Below are positions 1-9,276 of a stretch of 64,000 nt of DNA, in pieces; the first letter of the stretch is position 1; every line of letters begins with the position of its first letter. The notes below the pieces were generated by a model. The model was not told the origin of the DNA and ran no database searches. It saw nothing but the letters and a program-made list of their open reading frames with translations. Source of the DNA: Gemmatimonadales bacterium (GTDB lineage Bacteria; Gemmatimonadota; Gemmatimonadetes; Gemmatimonadales; GWC2-71-9); contig JBBRBZ010000003.1 in the NCBI GenBank assembly GCA_038205305.1, positions 440 to 64,439 on the forward strand, written 5' to 3'. The position numbers and the translations under genes are program-made.

Positions 1-442
1 CTTCGGCGACCTGACGCACCGCGCCGACTTCCTCGGGCGTGAAGGGATTGACCTGATCGGAATCGACGTCGATCTGTCCCAGAATCTTGCCGCCACGCTG
101 AATCAACACCACCAATTCCGAACGAGTGAAGAGATTGCAGGCGATGTAATTCTCGCGTCCGCGCACGTCGCCGACATTCTGGTCTTCGCCGGTCGCGACG
201 GCGGTGCCGCACACGCCCTTTCCCACCGGGATCGACGTGTGCTCGGTCTCGCGTCCACTCCAGGCCTCGAGAACGAGCTCGTCGCCGTGCAGCATGTACA
301 GATAGACGGAGCTGTAGGGCTCGCCGGCCTCACGCATCAGGTCAGCCGCCTTGGTGAGCAGCTCCTTGCGCGACGCATCGTGGGTGAATGCGGCGTGGAG
401 GCGCTTGACGATCGGTTCGGCCTGGAGAACGGTGGTGCTCAT
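1..442 (-). CDS. GAF-domain protein, free methionine-(R)-sulfoxide reductase-like; C-terminus lies outside the window
   Basis: Absent from the ORF track because it is open at the window edge. Reverse-strand translation from ATG (complement of 440-442) gives MSTTVLQAEPIVKRLHAAFTHDASRKELLTKAADLMREAGEPYSSVYLYMLHGDELVLEAWSGRETEHTSIPVGKGVCGTAVATGEDQNVGDV..YIACNLFTRSELVVLIQRGGKILGQIDVDSD, a GAF/fRMsr-type pattern. Confidence 0.7.
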   Translation of the reverse strand, partial: MSTTVLQAEPIVKRLHAAFTHDASRKELLTKAADLMREAGEPYSSVYLYMLHGDELVLEAWSGRETEHTSIPVGKGVCGTAVATGEDQNVGDVRGRENYIACNLFTRSELVVLIQRGGKILGQIDVDSDQVNPFTPEEVGAVRQVAE

Positions 443-505
443 GCAGCGAATCCCGTGACTGGTCCAAGTACATTCTACCGACCTCGAGCCCCGGGAACCA
501 CGGCC

Positions 506-1081
506 GTGAACGTCTCGCCACGCCTCTTTGCGCTCGTCCCCGCCGCCGTCGCGATCAATCTCGTCGTGGGGCGTGTCGTGGCCGAGCTCGGGCTGCCGGT
601 CTACCTCGACACCCTCGGCACCATGCTGGTCGCCATCCTCACCGGACTTGGCGGGGGCCTGCTGGTGGGAACCCTCAGCCAGATTCTCTCGGGACTGCTC
701 GGGGGCTTCACCTATTTCCCCTTCACGCCAGTCCAGTGGCTCATTGCCCTGCTGGCCACCGTCGCGGCACGGCGTGGCGGCTTCCGCGGGGTGCCCAGCA
801 GTGTCGGCTGGGGAATGACCTGCGGCCTGGCGGCCGGCCTCCTCTCCGCACCGATCTCCTACTTCCTGTTCGGGGGGATCACCACGCCTGGCATGGCTGC
901 CGTGGTCACCCTGCTCCAGGCGCTCGGCCTCGCCAATGTCACGGCCACGGCCACGGCCTCGATCCTCTCCGACGTGGTGGACAAGACCGCCGCGTTCCTG
1001 GTCGTCGGCACCCTGCTGCGGGCGCTGCCCAAGCGGATACTGGGTCGCTTCGCGATGGCCGCCACGGCGGTGGGCAAGTGA
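506..1081 (+). CDS. ECF transporter S (substrate-capture) component, substrate unknown (YkoE/HmpT-like layout)
   Basis: In-frame GTG at 506 inside track ORF 239..1081; the upstream part overlaps the reverse GAF gene. About 190 aa, all hydrophobic helices (LVPAAVAINLVVG, LGTMLVAILTGLGGGLLVG, WLIALLATVAA). Followed by EcfT and EcfA genes with 4-nt overlaps. Confidence 0.7.
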   Translation: MNVSPRLFALVPAAVAINLVVGRVVAELGLPVYLDTLGTMLVAILTGLGGGLLVGTLSQILSGLLGGFTYFPFTPVQWLIALLATVAARRGGFRGVPSSVGWGMTCGLAAGLLSAPISYFLFGGITTPGMAAVVTLLQALGLANVTATATASILSDVVDKTAAFLVVGTLLRALPKRILGRFAMAATAVGK

Positions 1082-1812
1082 ACGGCGCGGCAACAAAGTC
1101 CCACCCGTTCACGCCGGGGGCGGTGGCCCTCGGGCTCATCGCGCTTACGCTGATCCTTCCCGCCCCGCGCGGCACGCTCGCCATGTACGCGCTCACGATT
1201 GTCATCGCCCTTGCCTGCGGACTGGGGCGAAGCGTCTGGCTCGGCCTGCTCGCGGTGGCCCCGCTCTGGCTGCTGCTGTTCATCAGCCAGGGGATGCTCG
1301 GCGAGGGTCCGCGGGTCGCCGCACCGTGGGGCGGAACTCTCTCGGTGGCAGGCCTGCAATGGACCGTGGCGCAGGGCGCCCGTCTCGGGGCGATCATCAC
1401 CGCCTCGCTGGCACTCGCGGCCACCTTCAACGCCCACCGCTTCCTGCAGGCGGCGATGGCGAGGCGATGGCCCTTCGGCGTGGCGTTCCTCATTGTCGCA
1501 ACCTTCGACGCCGCAGCCCGATTCGCGGAACAGGCCAGGCGGCTGCGCGAAGCCCAGCGGAGTCGCGGGCTGCGAGTGCGCGGCAGCATCGCCATTCGCG
1601 CACGCGCCATTCCCGCGCTCGTCTTTCCGCTGCTGCTCGCGTCGATCACCGAGGCCGACGATCACGCCCTCGCCCTCGAGACTCGCGGCCTGACCCTGCC
1701 CGGACCGCGGACCGCCATCGATCCACCTCGCGACACCCTGCTCGATCGGACGGTGCGTTGGGGCACCCTGGCTTTGGTGCTCTTCGCAGCAGGCTGGCGA
1801 GTCTGGCGATGA
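1078..1812 (+). CDS. ECF transporter T component (EcfT/CbiQ family)
   Basis: GTG at 1078 overlaps the upstream stop (GTGA). Polytopic membrane protein with an Arg-rich coupling segment (AARFAEQARRLREAQRSRGLRVRG). The N-terminal part of track ORF 736..1812 is out-of-gene read-through. Confidence 0.75.
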   Translation: MNGAATKSHPFTPGAVALGLIALTLILPAPRGTLAMYALTIVIALACGLGRSVWLGLLAVAPLWLLLFISQGMLGEGPRVAAPWGGTLSVAGLQWTVAQGARLGAIITASLALAATFNAHRFLQAAMARRWPFGVAFLIVATFDAAARFAEQARRLREAQRSRGLRVRGSIAIRARAIPALVFPLLLASITEADDHALALETRGLTLPGPRTAIDPPRDTLLDRTVRWGTLALVLFAAGWRVWR

Positions 1813-3515
1813 GCATCCTGCGCACACAGCAGCTCCGCTTCCGCTATCCGGCACAGCCCAACTGGGCACTCGACGGCGTGGGGTTGGCAATCCGCAGTGG
1901 TGAGCTCACCTGGTTCACCGGTGCGCTTGGCAGTGGCACCAGCACCGCCCTGCTGGCACTCGCCGGACTCGCCCCTCGCCTGACTGGTGGCGAGCGGCAG
2001 GGTGTGGTCGAGCTTGAGGGTCACGACCCCGCCACGCTCAATCCCATTCACGCTGGCATCGCCTACCTCGGCCCTTCGCCTGCGCTGCAACTCAGCGGCA
2101 TCGCCCGGACGGTGCGGGATGAGGTCGCCGTCGGACCGATGAATCTCGGCTGGGATCGCGATCGCATTCTCGACAGCGTTGAGCGTGCGATGACGCGCGT
2201 CCGGGTGGACCACCTCGCCGACCGCGCGCCTGGTGCGCTATCCGGTGGGGAGACCCAACGCGTGCTGATCGCCGCGCTGCTCGCGGTGCGCCCCTCGATC
2301 TGGCTGCTCGATGAACCATTCTCCGCCCTCGATCACCCCAGCCGGGAACTCGTCGGGGCACTCTGCGTCGAGGTCGCGCGCGAAGGCGCCGCGGTCCTGA
2401 TCGCCTCGGATGATGCCGACCAGATGGCACCGCTGGCCGATCGGCTGGTGGTGTTTTCCCGTGGCACCGTCGCGCTCGACGGCTCCGCGGGCGCCCTGCT
2501 GGCAGGCGACGCGTTGCTGCTGACGGGTGCCAGCACCACAGACGCCGGCCGCCTCGCCGCCATGGCTGGCTGGCCCGCACCACGCCCGCTGACCGCCGCC
2601 GCGCTGCTGGCCCAACGGGCGACGCATCAAGCGACCCAAACTGCCGTCAACCGACCTGCCAGGGCAGCCACACCCGTTTCGCCGCGACATCTTCCGACTT
2701 CGTCGCCCGCGCCGATACTTGCCTTGGAAGCAGTGGGATTCGGCTACGACCGTGGTCTCCAGGTCCTTCGGGACGTCTCCCTCGAGCTGGGTGCCAGCGA
2801 GGCGGTGGGACTCTTCGGCCCGAACGGGGCTGGCAAGTCCACCCTGCTGCGGTTGGCGATGGCGCTGGAAGCTCCGGGAAGTGGTGTGGTCCGCACGCTC
2901 GGACGCTCCACCAAAGGGCTCTCCCCCGAGGACCTGGCCCCGCGGGTAGGCTTCCTTTTCCAGCAGCCAGAACGACAGCTCTTCGCCACTTCGGTCCGCG
3001 CCGAATGTGCTGTGGCGCTGCAGCTCGCCGGATGGTCGGCCAGCCGAGTCGGCAAGGCCGTCGATGGAGTACTGGAGGAGCTGGGGTTGTCTGCGGTCGC
3101 AGGAGAGCATCCCTACGACCTGCCGCTGCCGAGCCGACGACTCGTCGCCCTCGCCTCGATCCTGGTGGCCGGCCCGGAGCTGGTGCTGCTCGACGAACCG
3201 ACCGCCGGACTCGACGGCACATCGCAGGAGCGGGTGATTCGCGTCATCCGACAGCGGGTGGAGACGGGGCTGGCGGCGTTGGTGATCACGCACGATGCCA
3301 TCTTTGCGCACGAGACTCTGGATCGTGCGTTGCAACTTCGTGGGGGAACGCTGGTGAGCAATGGATCGGTGAGGGACGTACTCGACGGCACCATCATGTC
3401 GCGCCCAGCGGCCCTGGCGGTGGCGCTGGAGCTCGGCATTCCGGCCGGCGACGATCGCCGCGCCCAAGTTGCGGCCGTGCTGTCCACCACGGCCACTGGC
3501 GAGGTGCGGCCATGA
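1809..3515 (+). CDS. ECF transporter ATPase with two fused ABC domains (EcfA-EcfA', YkoD-like)
   Basis: ATG at 1809 overlaps the upstream stop (ATGA). Walker A occurs twice (GALGSGTST, GPNGAGKST). First signature and Walker B: LSGGETQRV..IWLLDEP. Second Walker B: LVLLDEP, preceded by a degenerate signature (LPLPSRRLVA). Confidence 0.9.
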   Translation: MSILRTQQLRFRYPAQPNWALDGVGLAIRSGELTWFTGALGSGTSTALLALAGLAPRLTGGERQGVVELEGHDPATLNPIHAGIAYLGPSPALQLSGIARTVRDEVAVGPMNLGWDRDRILDSVERAMTRVRVDHLADRAPGALSGGETQRVLIAALLAVRPSIWLLDEPFSALDHPSRELVGALCVEVAREGAAVLIASDDADQMAPLADRLVVFSRGTVALDGSAGALLAGDALLLTGASTTDAGRLAAMAGWPAPRPLTAAALLAQRATHQATQTAVNRPARAATPVSPRHLPTSSPAPILALEAVGFGYDRGLQVLRDVSLELGASEAVGLFGPNGAGKSTLLRLAMALEAPGSGVVRTLGRSTKGLSPEDLAPRVGFLFQQPERQLFATSVRAECAVALQLAGWSASRVGKAVDGVLEELGLSAVAGEHPYDLPLPSRRLVALASILVAGPELVLLDEPTAGLDGTSQERVIRVIRQRVETGLAALVITHDAIFAHETLDRALQLRGGTLVSNGSVRDVLDGTIMSRPAALAVALELGIPAGDDRRAQVAAVLSTTATGEVRP

Positions 3516-4597
3516 GTGTCACGCTCGCCGCGCTCTTCGCCACGACGCTGCATCAGGTCAACGCGCTGAGCGTGGACCCCGAAGCCTTGGACGAACCGAT
3601 CACTCTCCTCGAGCGTGCCGCGCATGGCGCGCCGCTGTCGTTCGAGACGGTCGATGGCAAGCTCTACGTCAACGACGTACCGCTTTCGCCCAACGCTCCC
3701 GGCGTGACCCATGTCGTCAAGGCGCTCGAGGAGCACGGGACTTCCCGACTGACCCTTCCCGCCGGGCTCGATTCCAAACAGTGGCATCAGATCGCCCAGG
3801 TCTTCGCGTCGGTGGCGGCCCTCTACCCCACGGCCGATGACATCCGCGACGCCCTGCGATCTTCGGTCCCGGCTGCCGGAGTCACGGGGCGCAATCCGGG
3901 AACCGGCATCGACCTGCGCGAGGCGATGTTCGAACTCCCCGGCCTGATGACTGACGCTGGGTCTGCCGTGCCCGATCCCGCGGAAGGGCTCATCACGCGC
4001 ACCACCGATCGCTCGAGCTTGTCGGCCCGCCTCGATCCGATCCTCAAGGATGCCGAGGCCGCGGCGAGTGCGCGGGACTATGAGCGGCTTGCCCGACTGA
4101 TCCTCGATGTGGTTGCCATCGGCGAGACGTCCGACGATGCCACCCGCACCATCATCGCGCGCGAACGGCGACGGATGGCGCCACAGTCGGTACTGGCCAT
4201 CATGGTGCGCCTGCTGCCGCGTACCGAGACGTCACCCGCGATGGCCAAGGCCATTGCGGCGACTGGGCGTGATGGTGTCGACGCCCTGATCGACGCAATG
4301 AGCGGCGCGTCGAGCAGTTTCGAGCGCCGGGTCTACATCGAGCTGCTCACCAAATCGCCCGATGCGGAGGAGGCCATCCTTGCCTCACTCGGCAGCGCGC
4401 GCGCCGAGCTGGTGCGCGACGCCGCGGATGTGGCGGGACGGCGTCGGATGGACTCCGCAGTCGGCACCCTTGGGCACCTGCTCAAGCACAACGACGAGCG
4501 CGCGCGTACCGCGGCGTGGCAGGCACTGGAGCGCATCGGCACCGCGGAGGCACTCGAGGTCCTCTACGGCAATCCTACCGCGGGACGAAATCGGTAG
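3512..4597 (+). CDS. Hypothetical protein with C-terminal HEAT/PBS-lyase-like repeats
   Basis: ATG at 3512 overlaps the ATPase stop (ATGA). The C-terminal third has helical repeats (GRDGVDALIDAM.., AILASLGSARAELVRDAADVAGRRR, AVGTLGHLLKHNDERARTAAWQALERIGTAEALEVL). The N-terminal two thirds are unrecognised. Confidence 0.6.
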   Translation: MSVTLAALFATTLHQVNALSVDPEALDEPITLLERAAHGAPLSFETVDGKLYVNDVPLSPNAPGVTHVVKALEEHGTSRLTLPAGLDSKQWHQIAQVFASVAALYPTADDIRDALRSSVPAAGVTGRNPGTGIDLREAMFELPGLMTDAGSAVPDPAEGLITRTTDRSSLSARLDPILKDAEAAASARDYERLARLILDVVAIGETSDDATRTIIARERRRMAPQSVLAIMVRLLPRTETSPAMAKAIAATGRDGVDALIDAMSGASSSFERRVYIELLTKSPDAEEAILASLGSARAELVRDAADVAGRRRMDSAVGTLGHLLKHNDERARTAAWQALERIGTAEALEVLYGNPTAGRNR

Positions 4598-5651
4598 TGA
4601 CATCGATCCGGCGGGCCGTGGCGGCAAGCAGTCGGGCCGCATGATCCACATCGTCCAGTGTCGCCAGCTCATTCGGCGAATGCATGTACCGGAGCGGCAC
4701 TGACACCAGTGCCGTGGCGATGCCGCGCTGCGCGGTGAAGATCGCGTCGGCATCGGTGCCGGTGTAGCGCGCCGCGGCATGCACGACGAACGGGATCTTC
4801 TCCTCCTCCGCCGTCGCCACCAGCAGGTCGAACAGCACGCTGTTCACGCCAGCCCCGCGGGAAAGCACCGGCCCACCCCCAAGCTTCACGTCGCCGTGGC
4901 GCTTTTTCTCCAGTCCCGGCGTGTCGGTGGCATGGGTCACGTCCACCACCAGGGCCGCCCGGGCATCAAGCAGCGTGGCAGACGTGCGTGCACCGCCACC
5001 AGTGAAGGCAATCTCCTCCTGTGTGGTGGCGACCGCCGTCACCGTCATTCGGGGCCGGCTGCTGGCGAGCAGTCGCAGCGCCTCGAGCACCACGTATGCC
5101 CCGATGCGGTTATCAAGCGATCGCGAGACGATCCGTCGATTGGGTAGCCTGGTGACGCTCGAGCCGAGCACCCCGGCGCTGCCCACGCCGACCAGATCCG
5201 CCGCCTCGGCGCGGGTGCGCGCGCCAATGTCGATCCAGAGATCCTGGGGTCGCGAGAGCTTGTCGCGTTCCTCCTTGTCCATCAGGTGAATCGCCTGCTT
5301 GCCGATCACGCCGGCCACCGGCCCCGATCGGCCCAACAGCGTCACCCGCTGGCCGACGAAGACCTGCGAATCCCATCCTCCGACCGGCTCGAAGAAGCAG
5401 AAACCGTCGTCGTCGATGTGGACGATCATCACGCCGATCTCATCGATGTGCCCGGCGAACATCAACCGCGGGCCATCGCGCTGCTCGGGCAACGGGAAGA
5501 TGGTGGCGAGGGAGTTGCCGCTGACATCCACCGTGACATCATCGGCGAACGAGGCCGCCGAGCGCCAGAGGCGGGCGGGGGCCTGTTCGAAGCCCGACGG
5601 GCCTGGGCTGTCGAGCAGGGAGGTCAGGAGTGCGTGCTGGTCGTTGGTCAT
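4575..5651 (-). CDS. M42 family metallopeptidase (FrvX/CelM-type aminopeptidase)
   Basis: Track ORF 4575..5678, start taken at MTNDQHALL (ATG complement 5649-5651). Motifs GHIDEIGVMIVHIDDDGF, SRSLDNRIGAYVVLEAL, TTQEEIAFTGG, LRYMHSPNE. Confidence 0.85.
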   Translation of the reverse strand: MTNDQHALLTSLLDSPGPSGFEQAPARLWRSAASFADDVTVDVSGNSLATIFPLPEQRDGPRLMFAGHIDEIGVMIVHIDDDGFCFFEPVGGWDSQVFVGQRVTLLGRSGPVAGVIGKQAIHLMDKEERDKLSRPQDLWIDIGARTRAEAADLVGVGSAGVLGSSVTRLPNRRIVSRSLDNRIGAYVVLEALRLLASSRPRMTVTAVATTQEEIAFTGGGARTSATLLDARAALVVDVTHATDTPGLEKKRHGDVKLGGGPVLSRGAGVNSVLFDLLVATAEEEKIPFVVHAAARYTGTDADAIFTAQRGIATALVSVPLRYMHSPNELATLDDVDHAARLLAATARRIDVTTDFVPR

Positions 5652-5677
5652 GGTCTGACAAGTTAATCTTCCTGCCA

Positions 5678-6436
5678 ATGCGCACCTTCCTTGCCCGCCT
5701 CCGGACCACCGTCGCCTCGATCTGGACTTGGAGCATTCTCGGCGTCTCGCTCACGCTGGCCCTGCCCTTCATCCTGATCCTGTGGGTCGTGTGCTGGCCG
5801 TTTGATCGTATCAACTATCTCGGGGGCCGGCTCTTCCGGCTGGCCGGCACCATGCCGACGCGGCTCACGCCGGGGTGGCGATTCGAGGTGCGGGGCGTGG
5901 TGCCCGCCGATCCACGACATCCCTATGTCGTAGTCTGCAATCACGAATCGTTCGCGGATATCCTGCTCCTCTCCCGGCTCCCCTGGGAGATGAAATGGCT
6001 CAGCAAGGTCGAAATGATGCGGATCCCGGTGGTGGGCTGGGATATGTGGGCGGCGCGCGACATCGCGGTGAGGCGGGGGCTGGCGGCGAGCGCGCGCGCG
6101 GCGATGGCGGTCTGCGCCGACCGACTGCACCACCGGGTCTCGGTGATGATCTTCCCCGAGGGCACCCGCTCACCAACCCGGGATCTGCTCCCGTTCAAGG
6201 ACGGCGCCTTCCGTCTCGCCATCGAGGCGGGCGTCCCGATCCTCCCCCTCGCCCTGTCGGGCACCCGGGACGCCATCGCGCGACGCGACTGGCGCATCAA
6301 CCCAGCGCACGCGGTAGTGGAAATCCTCGAGCCGGAGCCCACGGACGGCGTCACCGACATCAAGGCGTTGAAGGAAAAAGTTCAGGAACGGATCCGCGTG
6401 GCGCGGGATCGTCTCCGCGCCGAGTTGCACCAGTAG
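5678..6436 (+). CDS. Lysophospholipid (1-acyl-sn-glycerol-3-phosphate) acyltransferase family protein
   Basis: Track ORF 5630..6436, start taken at MRTFLARL (5678) to clear the divergent M42 gene. HX4D motif NHESFAD and FPEGTRS motif present; N-terminal TM helix. Confidence 0.85.
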   Translation: MRTFLARLRTTVASIWTWSILGVSLTLALPFILILWVVCWPFDRINYLGGRLFRLAGTMPTRLTPGWRFEVRGVVPADPRHPYVVVCNHESFADILLLSRLPWEMKWLSKVEMMRIPVVGWDMWAARDIAVRRGLAASARAAMAVCADRLHHRVSVMIFPEGTRSPTRDLLPFKDGAFRLAIEAGVPILPLALSGTRDAIARRDWRINPAHAVVEILEPEPTDGVTDIKALKEKVQERIRVARDRLRAELHQ

Positions 6437-6438
6437 CG

Positions 6439-6909
6439 TCAGGACCGGATCGAATACACCGTCGCGTGTCCCTTCGCGTCGAACTGGTAGATGGTGTACT
6501 TCTCCTTGGTCGGCGAATCCATGCCGGGTGAGCTCGGCGGCATGCCCGGCGCCGCGAGTCCCTTCACCCCGGCCGGATGCTCCTTGAGCAGCTTCTTCAC
6601 CAGGTCGGCCGGGACGTGGCCCTCAATCACATAACCATCGACAAAAGCGGTGTGACACGATTCCAGGTCGGCCGTGACGCCATTGGCTCGCTTGAGCGCG
6701 GTGAACTCGTCCTTGTTCTCCACCGTGACACTGAAGCCTTCCTTCTTCATGTAGTCCACCCACTTGGCGCAGCAACCACATGACGCCGACTTGACCACTT
6801 TGATCGTCGGAAGCGGCGCGGGGGCGGCGCGCCATGCCGCCAAGGTTGCCCCGCCGCCGAGCAGGAGCAGACCGGTCAACATGAATCGGGTGGAGCGAAG
6901 CTTCAGCAT
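6439..6909 (-). CDS. DUF411 (CopG-like) periplasmic metal-binding protein
   Basis: Start at MLKLRSTRFMLTGLLLLGG (signal peptide). Motifs SCGCCAKWVDYMKKEGF, CHTAFVDGYVIEGHVPA, GLAAPGMPPSSPGMD. Confidence 0.8.
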   Translation of the reverse strand: MLKLRSTRFMLTGLLLLGGGATLAAWRAAPAPLPTIKVVKSASCGCCAKWVDYMKKEGFSVTVENKDEFTALKRANGVTADLESCHTAFVDGYVIEGHVPADLVKKLLKEHPAGVKGLAAPGMPPSSPGMDSPTKEKYTIYQFDAKGHATVYSIRS

Positions 6910-7033
6910 GAAATCCTCTGCAGTTGGAGGCGGGGCGACTGTTCGCAATCTAGGTGCGGCAACCCAAACGCAGGAAGGCGGCCCGAGACCGGGCCGCCTT
7001 CCCATATCATGACCGGCCGTCCCGCATGCGCGA

Positions 7034-7927
7034 CTACTGACGGACCAGGATCAGGTACTTGCCGGCATCCCAGAAGGCGGGATCGGCCACGTGCACATCA
7101 CCCTTGAGCTTGCCACCGGACACCGTGCTGGCGCTCAGATACTGCGGGCTCTGCCGGGTGACGATCTTGTACTCCTTCGACGGCTCGGGCACGGTCAGGA
7201 CAGTATCCCGACGCTTGTCGAGGCGCTGGAAGAGCTCCGGCTTCAGGTCGCGAGCCGGCATCAGTGTCTTGCCACCGAAGAAGAGAAACTTGCTCCCTTC
7301 GTTCACCAGGATGCCGCGCTTGATCAGCTCATCCTTGGTGCCGACGGCGTAGTAGACCACGTTCGATTCGTCGATCGCACGAGAGAGCGTGTCCCGGACC
7401 GCGTTGTTGACGGCCGTGAGCGCTACGGTGGCCGCCGTGAGCGTATCCACCCGCGTGGCGAGCGTCTGGATCTGCTCCTTCTGCTGACCGATCATCATTT
7501 CCTGCTGCTGGGCGGTAGTGCGCAGGTCGTCGATCGTCTTCTGCAGCGAGCCGAGCTGATCCTCCAGCGACTTCCGCTGGGTAGTCAGGGTCGAGACGCG
7601 CCGACGCTGCTCGCCGAGCTGCTTTTCGGCCGCGTCGAGCTTGGCGATCACTTCCTTGATCTTGCCGAGCAGGATGGTTCGCTGCTCCGCCTTGTCCGAG
7701 AGCGGGCTATCGCCGGTCGACACCGGACTCACGCCCAGACCCTTGACGTTGGCCAAGTCGGCGTTGATGTCGGTGACCATCTGCGTTGCAGCAAGTACGT
7801 CCGCCACGAGCGAGTCCTTCTGCTCGTTGGCCCGCTGCTGGTCCATGACCAGTTGGTCGTACCGCTTCTTGCTCACGCACCCCGTGAGCGCCGCGACGAT
7901 GCCGAGTGCCAGAACTGTCTTGCGCAT
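7034..7927 (-). CDS. Lipoprotein with long coiled-coil region, function unknown
   Basis: Start at MRKTVLALGIVAALTGC (lipobox LTGC, ATG complement 7925-7927). Heptad-like Q/L/E-rich middle (EQLGEQRRRVSTLTTQRKSLEDQLGSLQKTIDDL). The opposite-strand ORF 7091..7957 is Arg/Leu-rich with no recognisable motif. Confidence 0.7.
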   Translation of the reverse strand: MRKTVLALGIVAALTGCVSKKRYDQLVMDQQRANEQKDSLVADVLAATQMVTDINADLANVKGLGVSPVSTGDSPLSDKAEQRTILLGKIKEVIAKLDAAEKQLGEQRRRVSTLTTQRKSLEDQLGSLQKTIDDLRTTAQQQEMMIGQQKEQIQTLATRVDTLTAATVALTAVNNAVRDTLSRAIDESNVVYYAVGTKDELIKRGILVNEGSKFLFFGGKTLMPARDLKPELFQRLDKRRDTVLTVPEPSKEYKIVTRQSPQYLSASTVSGGKLKGDVHVADPAFWDAGKYLILVRQ

Positions 7928-8187
7928 GCAGGTATCCTGAATAGAAGGCGATGGTAAAGACGTCTCCGTGCGTGAACGATGCACAAACGTCCTCCGCAGA
8001 ACCACCCCCCGAGAGAAATCGATCTGGGGGCCAATCCCTGATTTGCGCGCTCGACGCACCTCTGGTGGAGACCCTGATTCCTTGATATCGCCTGTTCCTG
8101 TCACATTTTGCCCCCCTTCAAGCGTCCTACCACGTCGAGACCGCCGACCCACACACGCCACAGCCAAAGCCCCTGGAGGCTCTGTCG

Positions 8188-8739
8188 ATGACCGCCAAAT
8201 TCCTCTTGCTCCCCCTTGTCCTCATGCCGCTGGTCGCCTGCGGCCCATCGACCGCGCAGATTCCGCCTGCCGCGGCACGCGGAATCTCCCCCACCAACGC
8301 CCCCGAATCGGTGGTCGCTCCGAGTGTGCCGGTGCTGGTCGGCATCCCGCAGGCCATCCGGGTCGGGCTAACCGTCTATCTGTCGGGGATGGTCCCGGTG
8401 GACTCGGCCGGTCGCCTCATCGGCGTCGGGGACCTGACGGCCCAGACTCGGCAGGCGCTCGCCAACCTCGTCGCGGTGGTCCGGGCGTCGCGCGGTGTCC
8501 CGGGCGACATCGTGAAGGTGACCGCCTACGTGAAGGGATTGGATCCGGTCAGCATTGCCGCGGTTCGCGCTGCGGTGCTCGAGGGCCTCGATCACGGTTC
8601 GCCGCCAGCCCTCACCGTGGTGGGGGTGGCCGAGCTACCCGAGCCGACCATGCGGGTGATGCTGGACGGAGTCGCCCAGCTGCGCAGTGAATTCCCCGAT
8701 CGCACCCGGATGGGGGCGGAACGCCGGGGTAGGAACTAG
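8188..8739 (+). CDS. RidA/YjgF/L-PSP family protein with lipoprotein-type signal peptide
   Basis: MTAKFLLLPLVLMPLVACG lipobox, then a RidA-like core (VYLSGMVPVD..G.L..GDLTAQTRQALANL, IVKVTAYV, P.LTVVGVAELP). Confidence 0.8.
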   Translation: MTAKFLLLPLVLMPLVACGPSTAQIPPAAARGISPTNAPESVVAPSVPVLVGIPQAIRVGLTVYLSGMVPVDSAGRLIGVGDLTAQTRQALANLVAVVRASRGVPGDIVKVTAYVKGLDPVSIAAVRAAVLEGLDHGSPPALTVVGVAELPEPTMRVMLDGVAQLRSEFPDRTRMGAERRGRN

Positions 8740-8744
8740 GTGAA

Positions 8745-8828
8745 GGAGATTGGAGAACGGAGAACAGAGAACGGAGGGGCGATATGGTCCGCACCCCAAT
8801 CTCCGTTCTCCAATCTCCGTTCTCCGTT
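8745..8828. repeat. Inverted heptamer-array element, GGAGAAC type, 5+5 units
   Basis: Left arm 8745-8779 is GGAGATT GGAGAAC GGAGAAC AGAGAAC GGAGGGG. Right arm 8794-8828 is CCCCAAT CTCCGTT CTCCAAT CTCCGTT CTCCGTT. Lies between convergent stops at 8739 and 8829. Confidence 0.9.
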
Positions 8829-9191
8829 TCAGTCGTGCTCCTGCCACAGCTCCACCCGGTGTCCTTCCGGGTCGTCGATCCAGGCGAAGTCACCATCCGC
8901 CGTTTCCTGCCGCTTCTCCACTGACACGCCGAGCTCCCCCAGCTGCTCCACGAAGGCATCGAGATCCTTCACTCGCCAGGTGATGGCCACTTGGCGTCGG
9001 TCGTGCCCGAGTGGGTGCTTGCTCTGTTGGATCGAGAACGGGGTGCCCGGAAGATCGCACCACCATTCATGACTGTCCGGTTCCCTGGTGAAGAAGAGGC
9101 CGAGGTGCTTCTCATACCAATGCGCGAGTGCGTCGGCCTGATCCGCAAAAATGACAACGCCACCAATGCCTGCCACGGTCTGCCGCTCCAT
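8829..9191 (-). CDS. VOC (glyoxalase/bleomycin-resistance) family protein
   Basis: 120 aa. IGGVVIFADQADALAHWYEKHLGL ... DAFVEQLGELGVSVEKRQETADGDFAWIDDPEGHRVELWQ, a typical single VOC module. Confidence 0.8.
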   Translation of the reverse strand: MERQTVAGIGGVVIFADQADALAHWYEKHLGLFFTREPDSHEWWCDLPGTPFSIQQSKHPLGHDRRQVAITWRVKDLDAFVEQLGELGVSVEKRQETADGDFAWIDDPEGHRVELWQEHD

Positions 9192-9276
9192 TCATCAACT
9201 CCGGTGCTCGAGAAAAGGGATGAGGTCCAGCCTACCAGCCACGTCGGTTGCGTGCGCTGTCGGAAAGCCTTGGAGG

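Noticed and set aside
443-505. TPP (THI-box) or other riboswitch upstream of the YkoE-like ECF S component
   Set aside because: Only about 60 nt are available between the divergent GAF gene start and the S-component start, and no THI-box core (CUGAGA ... ACCUGA) is visible.
936-1808. N-terminal extensions of track ORFs 936..3515, 736..1812, 3005..4597 and 239..1081 as real coding sequence
   Set aside because: The extensions overlap the preceding gene in another frame and are Arg/Pro-rich. Internal GTG/ATG starts that overlap the upstream stop codons (GTGA/ATGA) give proteins of canonical length for ECF T, A and S components.
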